Origin: a virus
IMG/VR virus record: IMGVR_UViG_3300042332_001411
Location: 6,786 to 70,785 of that record
Length of the DNA: 64,000 nucleotides
Reading direction: 5' to 3' (one strand)
Part shown: positions 22,221 through 32,365 of the stretch, in pieces
Layout of the letters: the number at the start of each line of letters is the position of its first letter
Position numbering within the stretch: the stretch's first letter is position 1
Translations under genes and position numbers: made by a program
Notes under the pieces: model-generated
Seen by the model: the letters and a program-made list of their open reading frames with translations, nothing else
What the model was told of the DNA's origin: nothing
Databases searched by the model: none

Positions 22221-23042
22221 ATGAGTAAAAATTTATTACAGCAGATTATGATTAAAGCAGACAGCATTCCAAAGCCAGACTTTGATGTTTCTGGAATGAT
22301 TGAAAAAATTAATGATGGATATTTGATTGGACAAGTTCCAAAATTTACCAAGAAAAAAACCTTTGCTCCATCAACAATATCTTATAGTGAGGGCAACGGA
22401 GTATGCCCAAGATACTGGTATCTTGCTTTTGAAGGCACAACTTTTGAAAGTAATAATACTGCCACAAGTATAGCCAATATGGGAAATGGGGTTTTATCTC
22501 ATAGCAGAATTCAGAAAGTAATGCTCGATTCTGGAATTGCAAAATCTTTTAAAGACGATGATAACAATGATACAACAGAGTTTAAGGTATCAAATTCTCA
22601 ACCACCAATTTTTGGGTACGGGGATTGCATGCTAGTTTGGAATGGTGAAGAGATTGTCGGAGAAATAAAAACAACAAGCCAAGAAGCATTTGAATATAGG
22701 AAAAAGGTTGGCAAGGCCAAACTAGATCACATAGAGCAAACTCTTATATACATGAAAATTCTTAAAAAATCAAAGGGCATTGTTATTTATGAAAATAAAA
22801 ATAATCACGAGTTATTATTATTTCCTATTGAAGTCAATGATCACTACAGGCAATGGATTGACAATACTTTTGAATGGATGAATGAAGTGCATAATTCTTG
22901 GAAGAATAAACAGTTGCCAATTAAAAACTATAGAAATAATTCCAAGGTCTGCAAAAATTGTCCAGTCAGGAAAACTTGTGACGAGGCTGGAGATGGAGTA
23001 ATTAAGATAGCCTCCCTAAAGGAATTAAGTGAAGCAGTGTAG
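22221..23042 (+). CDS. Cas4-like / PD-(D/E)XK exonuclease
   Basis: N-terminal CPR; GDC..GEIKT; Q..Y; C-terminal CxxCxxxxxC Fe-S motif. Confidence 0.85.
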   Translation: MSKNLLQQIMIKADSIPKPDFDVSGMIEKINDGYLIGQVPKFTKKKTFAPSTISYSEGNGVCPRYWYLAFEGTTFESNNTATSIANMGNGVLSHSRIQKVMLDSGIAKSFKDDDNNDTTEFKVSNSQPPIFGYGDCMLVWNGEEIVGEIKTTSQEAFEYRKKVGKAKLDHIEQTLIYMKILKKSKGIVIYENKNNHELLLFPIEVNDHYRQWIDNTFEWMNEVHNSWKNKQLPIKNYRNNSKVCKNCPVRKTCDEAGDGVIKIASLKELSEAV

Positions 23043-23322
23043 TTGGTGCAACCAAGACTTTAAGGCTAAGGTAAGTTATCAAATTTACTGCAGCGCTGAT
23101 TGTAGAGACCTTGCCACAAAAGAAAAAATTGTAGCAAGGTATTCTGTTGCAAAAAGACAAAAAAGAAAAAATAAAATAAGAAAATGTTCGGGTGGGTGTG
23201 GAATAACTTTGTCTATCTACAATGACGATAGTTTATGTAATACTTGCAGAGTTAATAATAACGATGTTTTTAAAGTTTTAAAAAAAATAAAAAGGATTGT
23301 TCGTGATAGCAAAGATACTTAA
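23029..23322 (+). CDS. Zinc-finger protein
   Basis: CSWC...YCSADC...CSGGC...CNTC. Confidence 0.65.
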   Translation: MKQCSWCNQDFKAKVSYQIYCSADCRDLATKEKIVARYSVAKRQKRKNKIRKCSGGCGITLSIYNDDSLCNTCRVNNNDVFKVLKKIKRIVRDSKDT

Positions 23323-23893
23323 CAGTAGCACCGCAGTGCCTGAAAATATTTGTGCTATTGATGCTAGCACTAACAATATTGCGTTTGCAGTTTTTAATAA
23401 AAAAGAAATACAATATGTTGGCAAATTAAATTTTAGTGGCAGCACAATATATAAAAAAATAGGAGACGCTTATGCAAAAACAAAAGCACTATTTGATTTA
23501 TACAAAATTGATGCAGTAGTAATTGAACATACAGTATTTATGAATAGCCCCAAAACAGTGTCAGATTTAGCATTAGTGCAAGGTGGAGTTCTTGCTGCAA
23601 TGTGGTCCTGTGGAGTAAAAGATATGGGATCCGTCTCTCCTATTACTTGGCAAAACTATATTGGGAATAAAAGATTTAGCAAAGAAGAAAAAATATCAAT
23701 GAGAGCAGCAATGCCCAATAAATCAGAATCTTGGTATAAAACTCAAGAAAGAGAAGTTAGAAAAGAAAAAACAATTAGGTTTATTAATATGCAGTATGAT
23801 AAAAAAATAACAGACAATGACGTTGCCGATGCTTGCGGAATAGGGCATTGGGCTATTAATAATTGGAATAAAGCGATGGGAAATTATGAATAG
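23297..23893 (+). CDS. RuvC-like resolvase
   Basis: AIDAS; VVIE; DNDVADACGIG RNase H-fold acidic motifs. Confidence 0.8.
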   Translation: MFVIAKILNSSTAVPENICAIDASTNNIAFAVFNKKEIQYVGKLNFSGSTIYKKIGDAYAKTKALFDLYKIDAVVIEHTVFMNSPKTVSDLALVQGGVLAAMWSCGVKDMGSVSPITWQNYIGNKRFSKEEKISMRAAMPNKSESWYKTQEREVRKEKTIRFINMQYDKKITDNDVADACGIGHWAINNWNKAMGNYE

Positions 23894-24059
23894 AGATAGT
23901 TTTGTTTTTAAAGAAGAAGATAATGAAGTTTCTTTAATTGTAAAAACATTATCTCCAGAAAAATGGTTATTGATAGATCGTGAGACTGGACAAACCTATC
24001 AGGGAAATCCTGGCGGGTATTGGGATAAACTTACTACTATAAAAAGGAACAACAAATAA
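23886..24059 (+). CDS. Small hypothetical protein (not in the ORF track)
   Basis: MNRDSFVF...KWLLIDRETGQTYQG; 57 aa; fills the gap and overlaps both neighbours. Confidence 0.55.
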   Translation: MNRDSFVFKEEDNEVSLIVKTLSPEKWLLIDRETGQTYQGNPGGYWDKLTTIKRNNK

Positions 24060-24703
24060 TGCCAGAGTTAAATGCAAATGTCCCACCCATAGAATGCTAT
24101 GTTCGTGGAAACTATTTAAGAAATCAGTTAGATAGTCATGACAAATATTTTCCATGTGTTATATTTGGTGTTGCTAGTATAAAAAGTAGAAGTCCTTTAT
24201 TTCACATAATGATGGAAGATGGTGGGCTATGGTGGAGATTGCCAATTAGTGCATTTTGTACAAAACCTGGAGTTCCTGAAGCAGACTTACATAATTTAGT
24301 TTTATGGAATGCCTTTAGCCATCACATATCTGTGACTAAATTTGAAAACCTTACAAATCTTAGAATGTCATATATTGACAGAACAAAAACTATAAACAAA
24401 GGAACATATTTGTTTACGCTTGACTGGCACAATCCAGATTCTAATGTTTTAGATGATGGTTATTCAGAAAATCCAGCAGAACATAAATGTGGCCATGTTA
24501 TACAAAGAGATGACGGTAACTTTGCTATACAGCCAAACAATAGAGTTCGTATTTATGAACCTTCTTTTACTTTAAAAAAGGACTATGTTATTGATAGAAT
24601 AATTAGTGAGTATAAGTGGGATGTAGAAAATCAAGATAAATGGACCTTGGAAGATTCTAATAGGTTTAACTATGACATTTCTGAAGCAGAAGTTGACAAA
24701 TAA
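24059..24703 (+). CDS. Hypothetical phage protein
   Basis: 214 aa coupled ORF; YLFTLDW...EHKCGH...QPNNR motifs. Confidence 0.65.
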   Translation: MPELNANVPPIECYVRGNYLRNQLDSHDKYFPCVIFGVASIKSRSPLFHIMMEDGGLWWRLPISAFCTKPGVPEADLHNLVLWNAFSHHISVTKFENLTNLRMSYIDRTKTINKGTYLFTLDWHNPDSNVLDDGYSENPAEHKCGHVIQRDDGNFAIQPNNRVRIYEPSFTLKKDYVIDRIISEYKWDVENQDKWTLEDSNRFNYDISEAEVDK

Positions 24704-24707
24704 TCTG

Positions 24708-24863
24708 ATGCCTGCTAAACTATATACTAGTGAGACTTGGCTCCGTAAACGATATGTTATGGACAAAAAGTCTCCACAAGAAATTGCAAAAGAGTGCGGG
24801 GCTAGCGTAGAGACCATTTATGTATATCTTGCCAAGTTTGGATTAAGGAGATCTAAAAGATGA
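24708..24863 (+). CDS. Small HTH protein
   Basis: WLRKRY..KKSPQEIAKECGASVETIY..L.KFGL. Confidence 0.7.
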   Translation: MPAKLYTSETWLRKRYVMDKKSPQEIAKECGASVETIYVYLAKFGLRRSKR

Positions 24864-25192
24864 AACCAGTTCCAGTCTATCAAGATGTTGACCATTTTGT
24901 TTATAATGACTTATACCTGCATTCATTATCCGCTCCATCTGGAAATGATATTTTAATGAACTGCATGGGAATAGCCCAAATGTTAATTGAAAAAAATATA
25001 TCTTATGGAAATTCTGCTTTAGACCCAGTAAGAATTTTTAGTAAGGCCAACTCAATAGAACAACTTCACGTAAGAATAGATGACAAGTTAAGTCGCTTGA
25101 TGAAAGGTACGGAGATGGTTGGAGATAACGACATTGACGATTTAATTGGATATTTAATTTTATTAAAGGTAGCAAAGGAAAAAAATGACTGA
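24860..25192 (+). CDS. Nucleotide-modification-associated domain 1 (DUF1599-like) protein
   Basis: KNISYGNS...RIDDKLSRL...DLIGY motif. Confidence 0.7.
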   Translation: MKPVPVYQDVDHFVYNDLYLHSLSAPSGNDILMNCMGIAQMLIEKNISYGNSALDPVRIFSKANSIEQLHVRIDDKLSRLMKGTEMVGDNDIDDLIGYLILLKVAKEKND

Positions 25193-26024
25193 TTCTGTAG
25201 CCCTTCGAAATCCTGATCCAATCTACCAACATGAGTTTTTGTACGTTGGCGACGAGTCGTTTTGCCAAACTGAGAGAAAACTGATAGGCCTTGGCAATCG
25301 GCGCTTTGGACAAGATAAACTGACTGCTCCAGATCTAAGAATTAACTCTGATGGATTTAGGTCTGATGAATTTAAAAAAAATCATGATAAAAAGCATATA
25401 TTGTTTTCTGGATGCTCAGTTACATATGGGATAGGCCTTTTAGAAAATGAAATTTGGGCTAAAAAATTATACAATAGATTAAACATAAAAAATGATCTTT
25501 CTGGATTTTTTAATTTAGGAATGCCAGGAACTAGTATTTTTGATATTATTGCTAACATTTTTAGATATATTCATAATTTTAATAAGCCAGACACAATTTT
25601 TATTGCTATACCAAACTATCAACGTAGATATGTTTCTAATCCAAAGACATCTAATATAAAAGACGAAATTGCTAATCAAAAGAACAAGATTTTTCATGGT
25701 GTATATAAAGATAATACAAGAGATGAGTTTTCTGATACTCTTCATATCTACGCATATCACTATTTAATGTTTTTAGAAATGTTTTGTAAATCAAATAATA
25801 TTAATTTATTTTATTTTTGCTACAAGCCTGATTACGTAAAAATGGAACTTGATAGACTTTTTGAAATAGATATAGAAGATTTTAAAAATAAGTTGACACA
25901 ATTTTCTATAGATAACCCTAGCAATAAATATGCCTTATATGCCAGAGATAACTCTCATTTTGGAGAGGCCTATCACAGTTATTGGGCAGATTTTTGTTAT
26001 AAAATAAGTCAAGAGGAGAATTAA
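25185..26024 (+). CDS. SGNH-hydrolase-like protein
   Basis: ILFSGCSVTYG; NLGMPGTS; C-terminal DNSH (DxxH). Confidence 0.6.
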   Translation: MTDSVALRNPDPIYQHEFLYVGDESFCQTERKLIGLGNRRFGQDKLTAPDLRINSDGFRSDEFKKNHDKKHILFSGCSVTYGIGLLENEIWAKKLYNRLNIKNDLSGFFNLGMPGTSIFDIIANIFRYIHNFNKPDTIFIAIPNYQRRYVSNPKTSNIKDEIANQKNKIFHGVYKDNTRDEFSDTLHIYAYHYLMFLEMFCKSNNINLFYFCYKPDYVKMELDRLFEIDIEDFKNKLTQFSIDNPSNKYALYARDNSHFGEAYHSYWADFCYKISQEEN

Positions 26025-26026
26025 AA

Positions 26027-26560
26027 ATGTCACAAGAACAAGAAATAGTAAAACATTTAGACCAGGTCAATCAGGTAGTTGAAGAATATTTAAAAGGAAG
26101 CGATCCAACAAAGATATCTAAAGATTTAGATATTCCTAGGACTCGTGTTGTCGCATTAATTAATGAGTGGAAAGTTATGGCTTCTGCTAACGATGCAATT
26201 CGTGCCCGTGCTAAAGAAGCAATGGCGTCAATGGATGCTCATTATGGTAAGTTGATTACAAAAGCATATGAGGTTATTGATGAGGCTAGCCTAACAAATA
26301 ATCTTTCAGCAAAAACTCAAGCAATTAAGTTAGTAGTAGATATTGAAAAATCTAGGATTGAGATGTTACAAAAAGCAGGCTTATTAGAAAATAAAGAATT
26401 GGCTGAAGAAATAGTTGAAATAGAAAAAAGACAAGAAATTCTTGTTGAAATATTAAGAGACATCGCAAGTGAACATCCAGAGGTAAGAGATAAAATTATG
26501 AGAAGGCTATCCGACATCGCCAAAGAGAACGAGGTGATTACAATTGTCCAAGACGTTTAA
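26027..26560 (+). CDS. Putative terminase small subunit
   Basis: N-terminal HTH plus coiled coil; overlaps the large subunit start. Confidence 0.6.
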   Translation: MSQEQEIVKHLDQVNQVVEEYLKGSDPTKISKDLDIPRTRVVALINEWKVMASANDAIRARAKEAMASMDAHYGKLITKAYEVIDEASLTNNLSAKTQAIKLVVDIEKSRIEMLQKAGLLENKELAEEIVEIEKRQEILVEILRDIASEHPEVRDKIMRRLSDIAKENEVITIVQDV

Positions 26561-28325
26561 TGACTTTCTTGATGTTTTAACAGATAATGTTTTTGAAGAA
26601 AATCCGGTAGATGTAAAAACATTTGTTGAGTCCTCAAACTATCTTGGTCAACCTTCGCTGTCAGAAATACAATATAATATTGTAGAGGCCATGAGTCAAA
26701 TTTATTACAAAAAAGATCTTGAAGATTTGATGGGTACAAATAATGGAAGTGCTTATTATGATAAATATACAAAAAATGAAATCATTTTGCAACTTGGTAA
26801 AGGTAGCGGTAAAGACTTTACGTCTACAGTAGGATGTGCATATTTAGTTTATAAACTTTTATGCCTTAAAGATCCAGCAAAATATTTTGGCAAACCAAGT
26901 GGAGATGCCATAGACTTGATTAACGTTGCCATAAATGCCCAACAAGCAAAAAATGTTTTCTTTAAAGGTTTTAAAACAAAAATAGAATCCTCTCCGTGGT
27001 TTGCTGGAAAATTTTATGCTAAAGCGGACAGCATAGAGTTTAACAAAGCAATAACTGTTTACTCTGGGCACTCAGAAAGAGAATCACACGAAGGTTTAAA
27101 CTTAATACTTGCCGTCCTTGATGAAATTTCTGGTTTTGCATCAGAGGTTGGCACCGCAAATGAACAAGGCAAAACTGCAGAAAATATTTATAAAGCATTT
27201 CGTGGATCAGTAGATTCTCGTTTTCCAGATTTAGGAAAAGTTGCACTTCTATCTTTTCCAAGATATGTTGGAGACTTTATTTCTAAAAGATATGAAGATG
27301 TAATTGCAGAAAAAGAAATTCTTGAAAAAAAACATACGTTTATAATTAATCCAGCATTACCAGAAGATAATTCAGACAACACTTTTGAAATAAATTGGGA
27401 AGAAGACCACATTAAATCATATAAATTTCCGGGAGTTTTAGCAATTAAAAGACCAACGTGGGAAGTAAACCCAACAAGAAAAATCGAAGACTTTAAGTTA
27501 TCATTTTTTACAGATCCTGGAGATGCCTTAATGCGTTTTGCATGTAAGCCAACGTATTCATCTGATGCCTTTTTTAAACAAAGAGATAAACTGGAAAAAT
27601 GTATGTCTTTAAGAAATCCAATAGATAATAATAAGAGGTTTGATTCTTCTTTTAAACCAGATCCAGAAAAGACTTATTACATTCATGCTGACCTTGCACA
27701 AAAACATGACAAGTGTGCTGTAGCAATCGCCCATGTTGATAAATGGGTAAATGTTCAAGTTTTAAAAGACTATGAACAAATTTCTCCAGTTGTTATTGTT
27801 GACGCTGTTGCCTGGTGGGAACCAAAAGTTGAGGGCCCAGTTAATCTTAGCGATGTAAAAAATTGGATTATTAATCTTAGAAGGCAAGGGTTTAATATTG
27901 GAATGGTTACATTCGATAGATGGCAATCTTTTGATATTCAACAAGAACTAAAGTCTGTTGGTATTAGAACTGATACTGTTTCTGTTGCTAAGAAACATTA
28001 TGAAGATTTTGCTATGTTGATTTATGAAGAGAGAGTTGCTATGCCCTTAATCCCCCTTTTGTTAGAAGAAATGGGAGAACTTAAGATTATTAATGATAAG
28101 AAGGTGGATCACCCACGTAAAAAATCTAAAGACTTAGCAGACGCAGTTTGTGGTGCAGTATTTGGTGCCATAAGTTTTACGCCTAAAAATGTAAATCAAG
28201 AAATAGAGGTTCACACATTCAAAGATAGGCCAAGGCAAGTTGACGACCTACCTGAGAACGTGATACAATATAAACCTATCCCTGATGATGTAAAAGATTA
28301 TCTAGATAGATTTAACTTATTATAA
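26544..28325 (+). CDS. terL: Terminase large subunit
   Basis: GKGSGKD Walker A; AVLDE Walker B; nuclease motifs HADLA...TFDRW...KDLADA. Confidence 0.9.
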   Translation: MSKTFNDFLDVLTDNVFEENPVDVKTFVESSNYLGQPSLSEIQYNIVEAMSQIYYKKDLEDLMGTNNGSAYYDKYTKNEIILQLGKGSGKDFTSTVGCAYLVYKLLCLKDPAKYFGKPSGDAIDLINVAINAQQAKNVFFKGFKTKIESSPWFAGKFYAKADSIEFNKAITVYSGHSERESHEGLNLILAVLDEISGFASEVGTANEQGKTAENIYKAFRGSVDSRFPDLGKVALLSFPRYVGDFISKRYEDVIAEKEILEKKHTFIINPALPEDNSDNTFEINWEEDHIKSYKFPGVLAIKRPTWEVNPTRKIEDFKLSFFTDPGDALMRFACKPTYSSDAFFKQRDKLEKCMSLRNPIDNNKRFDSSFKPDPEKTYYIHADLAQKHDKCAVAIAHVDKWVNVQVLKDYEQISPVVIVDAVAWWEPKVEGPVNLSDVKNWIINLRRQGFNIGMVTFDRWQSFDIQQELKSVGIRTDTVSVAKKHYEDFAMLIYEERVAMPLIPLLLEEMGELKIINDKKVDHPRKKSKDLADAVCGAVFGAISFTPKNVNQEIEVHTFKDRPRQVDDLPENVIQYKPIPDDVKDYLDRFNLL

Positions 28326-28342
28326 TAAGAAATAGGAGAAAA

Positions 28343-29353
28343 ATGAAAAATATCAAGAAAGTATCGCTAATCATCGCTGCAGCCCTGACTAGCACAATGC
28401 TCGTAACGCCAGCAGCGCAAGCAAACGCTGGAACTGTCACACTAACGGTGGCAGGATCTGCAGCAACAGGTGGAACAGTAGTAACAACTCCTGTATCACT
28501 ACCAGTGCCAGCAGATAACAGTATTGAAGCAGCAGATGCACTAAAGATTGCTGTAACATCAGTAGACACAGGAACAGTAGTAACAGCAGTTGCAGTAAAT
28601 GCAACTATTGTGCCTGCTCTTGCAGCAACTGGTTCAGCAGTAACAGCATCATCTGGAACATCAACGCTATCAATTGCAACAGGAACTGGAACATCAGCAG
28701 ACTTTTATGTATATACTAAAAGTACAGCAGTAGGATCAGTCTCTATCACTCGTGCTGGAACTACAACAGTTTATTATGTTCAAGGTACCGCAGGTGCACT
28801 GAACTCAATTACACTAACCGCTCCTGCCTCAGCAGCAGCAGGTACATCACAAGTTCTTAAGGTATCTGGATACGATGTATTCGGAAATCTAAAAGGTGGA
28901 GCCACAATTAATACTTTGGTTTCAAGTTCTGGATCAGCGCTATCAACAGCATTAACAACTGATACAACAACTGCAACTGTAGGAACAAAAGAGCAGACAG
29001 TAACAATTCCTGCAACTGGTTCAGTAACAGTAGTTGCGTATGCAACAGTAGCAACAGCCGTAACAGGCTTAGCAGCACCAGTCGGTTCTGTAAGCGCTAC
29101 AATTGTAGTACGTGATGTTCTGTCAGAACTAGCAGCAAAGAATGCAGAATTAGCAGTTGCTAACTCAGCACTTGCAGCAGAACGTGCTGGACGTGCAGCC
29201 GATAAGGTAGCATCAGATTCAGCAACAGCAACTTTAAAGGCAGAAAACGAAACCTTAAAGAAGGCTATTGTAGATCTAAAAACAAAATTCAATGCTTTGG
29301 CTAAAAAGTGGAATGCAAAGTTCCCTAAGTTAAAGGTAAATTGGATTAAGTAA
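28343..29353 (+). CDS. Secreted Ala/Thr-rich Ig-like surface protein with a C-terminal coiled coil
   Basis: Sec signal peptide (AQA-NA); DVFGN Ig-like motif; strong SD; own terminator. Confidence 0.65.
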   Translation: MKNIKKVSLIIAAALTSTMLVTPAAQANAGTVTLTVAGSAATGGTVVTTPVSLPVPADNSIEAADALKIAVTSVDTGTVVTAVAVNATIVPALAATGSAVTASSGTSTLSIATGTGTSADFYVYTKSTAVGSVSITRAGTTTVYYVQGTAGALNSITLTAPASAAAGTSQVLKVSGYDVFGNLKGGATINTLVSSSGSALSTALTTDTTTATVGTKEQTVTIPATGSVTVVAYATVATAVTGLAAPVGSVSATIVVRDVLSELAAKNAELAVANSALAAERAGRAADKVASDSATATLKAENETLKKAIVDLKTKFNALAKKWNAKFPKLKVNWIK

Positions 29354-29364
29354 TTAAATAAATT

Positions 29365-29396
29365 AAAGGGTTAGCCAAACGCTAGCCCTTTTTTTT
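29365..29396 (+). terminator. Rho-independent terminator
   Basis: AAAGGGTTAGC-CAAAC-GCTAGCCCTTT followed by a T-run. Confidence 0.85.
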
Positions 29397-29469
29397 ATTG
29401 TTTGTTATCATTAATTAATTAATAAATGATATAATTGGCAATGTAGAGATACATTGGAGACCCACCCAA

Positions 29470-32124
29470 TTGAATAATATAAAGCGTAAAATTTTTATTA
29501 TATTCGGTTCTGCCTTATGCATAACCGTTTTTGCTTTTTTGGCACCCAACGAGGCTTATGCTGCAGATAATCAAGAGCAGGTTATTGTTAGCCCTGCTCA
29601 ACAGGCAGTTAACACAGCCCTTGAGACGGCTACTACAGAGGTTCAACAGGCTATTACAGCCACGAACAATGCTCTAGTAGAGGTAACACAAGCACAAACC
29701 GAATATTCCCAAGCCCAAGGGGTCACGGCTGAGGTGGCATCAAAAATATCTTTGGCTAACACAGAAATAAATAATGTTCAAGTCGCTATTAATACTATTA
29801 GCGGTGTTGATTTATCTGTTACCCCAATAGATCAAAGTTCTCAGGTAGTTCAAGATGCAAAGGCTACAGTAACTGTTGCAACTACCGCCATAAATAATAT
29901 AACAACACAAATAACAGAGGCTCAGACAGCAATATCTGAAGTAGTCACTGCAAAAACAGAAGCCTCTACAGCACAGGCAACTGCTCAAACCGAATTAACT
30001 CAAGCAAACCTTGCTATTGATGCTGCCCAAACAGCAGTCAACAATTTACAAGCCACTATTGGAACTAGCACAAATGTTTTGGCTGGAGTAGATGATGCTG
30101 GGGTTCAAATGAATCTTCCGTTCGGAATGCAAATGGGTGGAACTGTTTATAATAACGTTTATGTTGGGTCTAATGCAACAATAACATTTGGTGTAAATGA
30201 GGGTGGCGTATACCATACAACTCCAAGTGCCCCATCCGTATCTATAGCGGGATGGGACTGGACTACTTGGAGCACAGGAACAGGTATTACCTATGCAACA
30301 ACTGGTACAAGTTTAGATATTGCTTGGGACCTTCGTCCATACCCACAACAAGATGCCTCTACACAAATGGTTCAAATTAGATTTAATGCTGATGTTAATC
30401 CAAATGACGGGGCATGGATGGCAAGTGTAACTGCTAATGGACCAATACCAGATCAAGCAAGATTTAATGTTAGAGAAACAACCAACGGTGCACTTATTCC
30501 AATTACAGATACTAATGCTGGAGCAGGTTTTGCTGGACAAATAAGTCAAGGTGCAGCATTCACTCCATATGTAGATCCAAACACAGAAACAGTTCAGGCA
30601 TCGGTTGACGCAGCAAATGCAACGATTGCACAATTAAACTCAAGCCTTACCCCAGTTGTTGCACAAAATACAACAAATACTTCTAATATAAATGCAATCA
30701 ATATAACATCTTTAACCAATACCGTAAACTCAGCGGTATCAACAAAAACATCTCTTGAGTCATCATTGAATACTAAATCAAGTCAATTAGTTACTGCAAT
30801 TAACAACAACATTCCAACCCCTGCCCCAATAATTTCAACTCCAATTGTTGCAGGAACTACCGCAACTATTACACCATCCTTACCTGAAGGATATACAGCA
30901 AACACTTGGTTTTATCAAGTAATAACAGAAGATCCTGATGCAGAAAATCCATATGAAGGACAAACATTAAATACTGACGGTGCTCCTGCATCTATTCAGT
31001 TAAGTGGTTTGACAGAAGGCGCTACCTATACTGTTAGAGTTGCTAACTGGTCTGGACCTGTAAGTCAATATACTGATACTGTTATTTCTGTACCCGCACC
31101 ACAAGGCTCTAATTTAACTACTGGTGGCAATAGTTCCCCAATAGATACAACTCCAATAGATACAACCCCTGTATACACAGAACCAGTTGATACAACTCCC
31201 GTAGATACAGAGCCAGTAGATATAGACCCTGTGGATACGGAGCCAGTAGATACAGATCCTGTAGATACGGATCCAGTAGACACAGAACCAATTGATACAG
31301 AACCAATTGATACAGAACCAATTGATACAGAACCAATTGATACAGAACCAGTTAATACTCCTGCAGAAGAAGCAGAGGCTGTATTTGAAGAAAGTGAAGT
31401 TTCTATTGAAGAAATATCAGAAAGCGGTGCAAATCTTTCTGTAGAAGATATTCAAGAAGTTGTTACTGATTTAATTAGCGATAGCAGTTTAGATGCATCT
31501 GAAATCTCTGCCGTACTAGAAGCAATTGCTGAAGGTGGAGAAGTGTCTGAAGAGATTGCTGCTGAAGTATCTGAATCTTTATCAGAGGGCGGATTAACAG
31601 AAGCAGAAGCAGAATTTATTACAGAAATGCTTTCTGCAGACGGAGAAATAACAACTGCAGAAGTTGTTAATTTATCTGAAGCCTTATCTGAAGACGGCAA
31701 ATTTACTTTAGCAGAAAAAGATTTAGTTGCAGATGTATTGGTAGAATCAGCAGAAGGAGCACCTGTAACTGCTGCCAACATAGAAGCAGCGGGAATTGAA
31801 TATCGTGATCTTCCACCTACAATTCCAGTAGAGGTAAGAGAAGATGCAAACGGAAACCCCGTAGTAATTCAAGCAGAAGTTGCTTCAGCATTACTTGTTT
31901 TAGAAAGTCCAGCAGCACTAGCAGAAGCAATTGCTGGGTGTTTTAATCCAGAACAAGCAATAGAAGGTTTGACAGAAGAGCAAAAATGCGAGTTAGGGAA
32001 AGCCTTGCTTAACATCGGAGCAGATATGTCTATTCCAGAACGTGAAAAATCGGAAGATATTGTAGTTGTAACAATCATTGCTGGCCAAGTGATAGTTGGA
32101 ACTGCATCAAGAAGGAGGAAATAA
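29470..32124 (+). CDS. Large secreted, C-terminally membrane-anchored protein (coiled coil, FN3, DTEP repeats, acidic domain)
   Basis: Signal peptide (AYA-AD); FN3 motif LSGLTEGATYTVRV; hydrophobic C-terminus followed by RRRK. Confidence 0.7.
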   Translation: MNNIKRKIFIIFGSALCITVFAFLAPNEAYAADNQEQVIVSPAQQAVNTALETATTEVQQAITATNNALVEVTQAQTEYSQAQGVTAEVASKISLANTEINNVQVAINTISGVDLSVTPIDQSSQVVQDAKATVTVATTAINNITTQITEAQTAISEVVTAKTEASTAQATAQTELTQANLAIDAAQTAVNNLQATIGTSTNVLAGVDDAGVQMNLPFGMQMGGTVYNNVYVGSNATITFGVNEGGVYHTTPSAPSVSIAGWDWTTWSTGTGITYATTGTSLDIAWDLRPYPQQDASTQMVQIRFNADVNPNDGAWMASVTANGPIPDQARFNVRETTNGALIPITDTNAGAGFAGQISQGAAFTPYVDPNTETVQASVDAANATIAQLNSSLTPVVAQNTTNTSNINAINITSLTNTVNSAVSTKTSLESSLNTKSSQLVTAINNNIPTPAPIISTPIVAGTTATITPSLPEGYTANTWFYQVITEDPDAENPYEGQTLNTDGAPASIQLSGLTEGATYTVRVANWSGPVSQYTDTVISVPAPQGSNLTTGGNSSPIDTTPIDTTPVYTEPVDTTPVDTEPVDIDPVDTEPVDTDPVDTDPVDTEPIDTEPIDTEPIDTEPIDTEPVNTPAEEAEAVFEESEVSIEEISESGANLSVEDIQEVVTDLISDSSLDASEISAVLEAIAEGGEVSEEIAAEVSESLSEGGLTEAEAEFITEMLSADGEITTAEVVNLSEALSEDGKFTLAEKDLVADVLVESAEGAPVTAANIEAAGIEYRDLPPTIPVEVREDANGNPVVIQAEVASALLVLESPAALAEAIAGCFNPEQAIEGLTEEQKCELGKALLNIGADMSIPEREKSEDIVVVTIIAGQVIVGTASRRRK
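31138..31362 (+). repeat. 15-bp coding tandem repeat, about 14 units, encoding (I/V)DT(E/T/D)P
   Basis: Exact copies of GATACAGAACCAATT plus degenerate copies. Confidence 0.9.
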
Positions 32125-32125
32125 A

Positions 32126-32305
32126 ATGAAATGGTTAAAAAAATGGGGCATGGCAGCCCTAAATGAAAACTTTACATTCCTAGGGTTTTTCGTAGCCTGG
32201 GTAGTACTTGAGGGCAGCGCAAAAACAGTAGTAGGATATGTAACTATAGCCTCAGTAGCCCTATGGTTTCTAACTATGGGCATTCGTGAAAAAGGGGAAG
32301 AGTAA
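32126..32305 (+). CDS. Small two-TM membrane protein
   Basis: SD AGGAGG; two hydrophobic segments. Confidence 0.65.
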   Translation: MKWLKKWGMAALNENFTFLGFFVAWVVLEGSAKTVVGYVTIASVALWFLTMGIREKGEE

Positions 32306-32365
32306 TAACACTATCCTATTAATAATACTATAAAACATTATCTTAATGTATAGTATAATATTGGT

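Noticed and set aside
22221-23042. Cas4-like gene as evidence of a CRISPR-Cas system
   Set aside because: No repeat-spacer array or other cas genes are visible; solo Cas4-like nucleases are common in phage replication modules.
11586-28325. Inteins or introns in DnaB, DnaE, RecA or TerL
   Set aside because: Lengths are normal, reading frames are continuous, and no splice motifs were seen.
31138-31362. Tandem repeat as a CRISPR array
   Set aside because: 15-bp in-frame coding units with no spacers.
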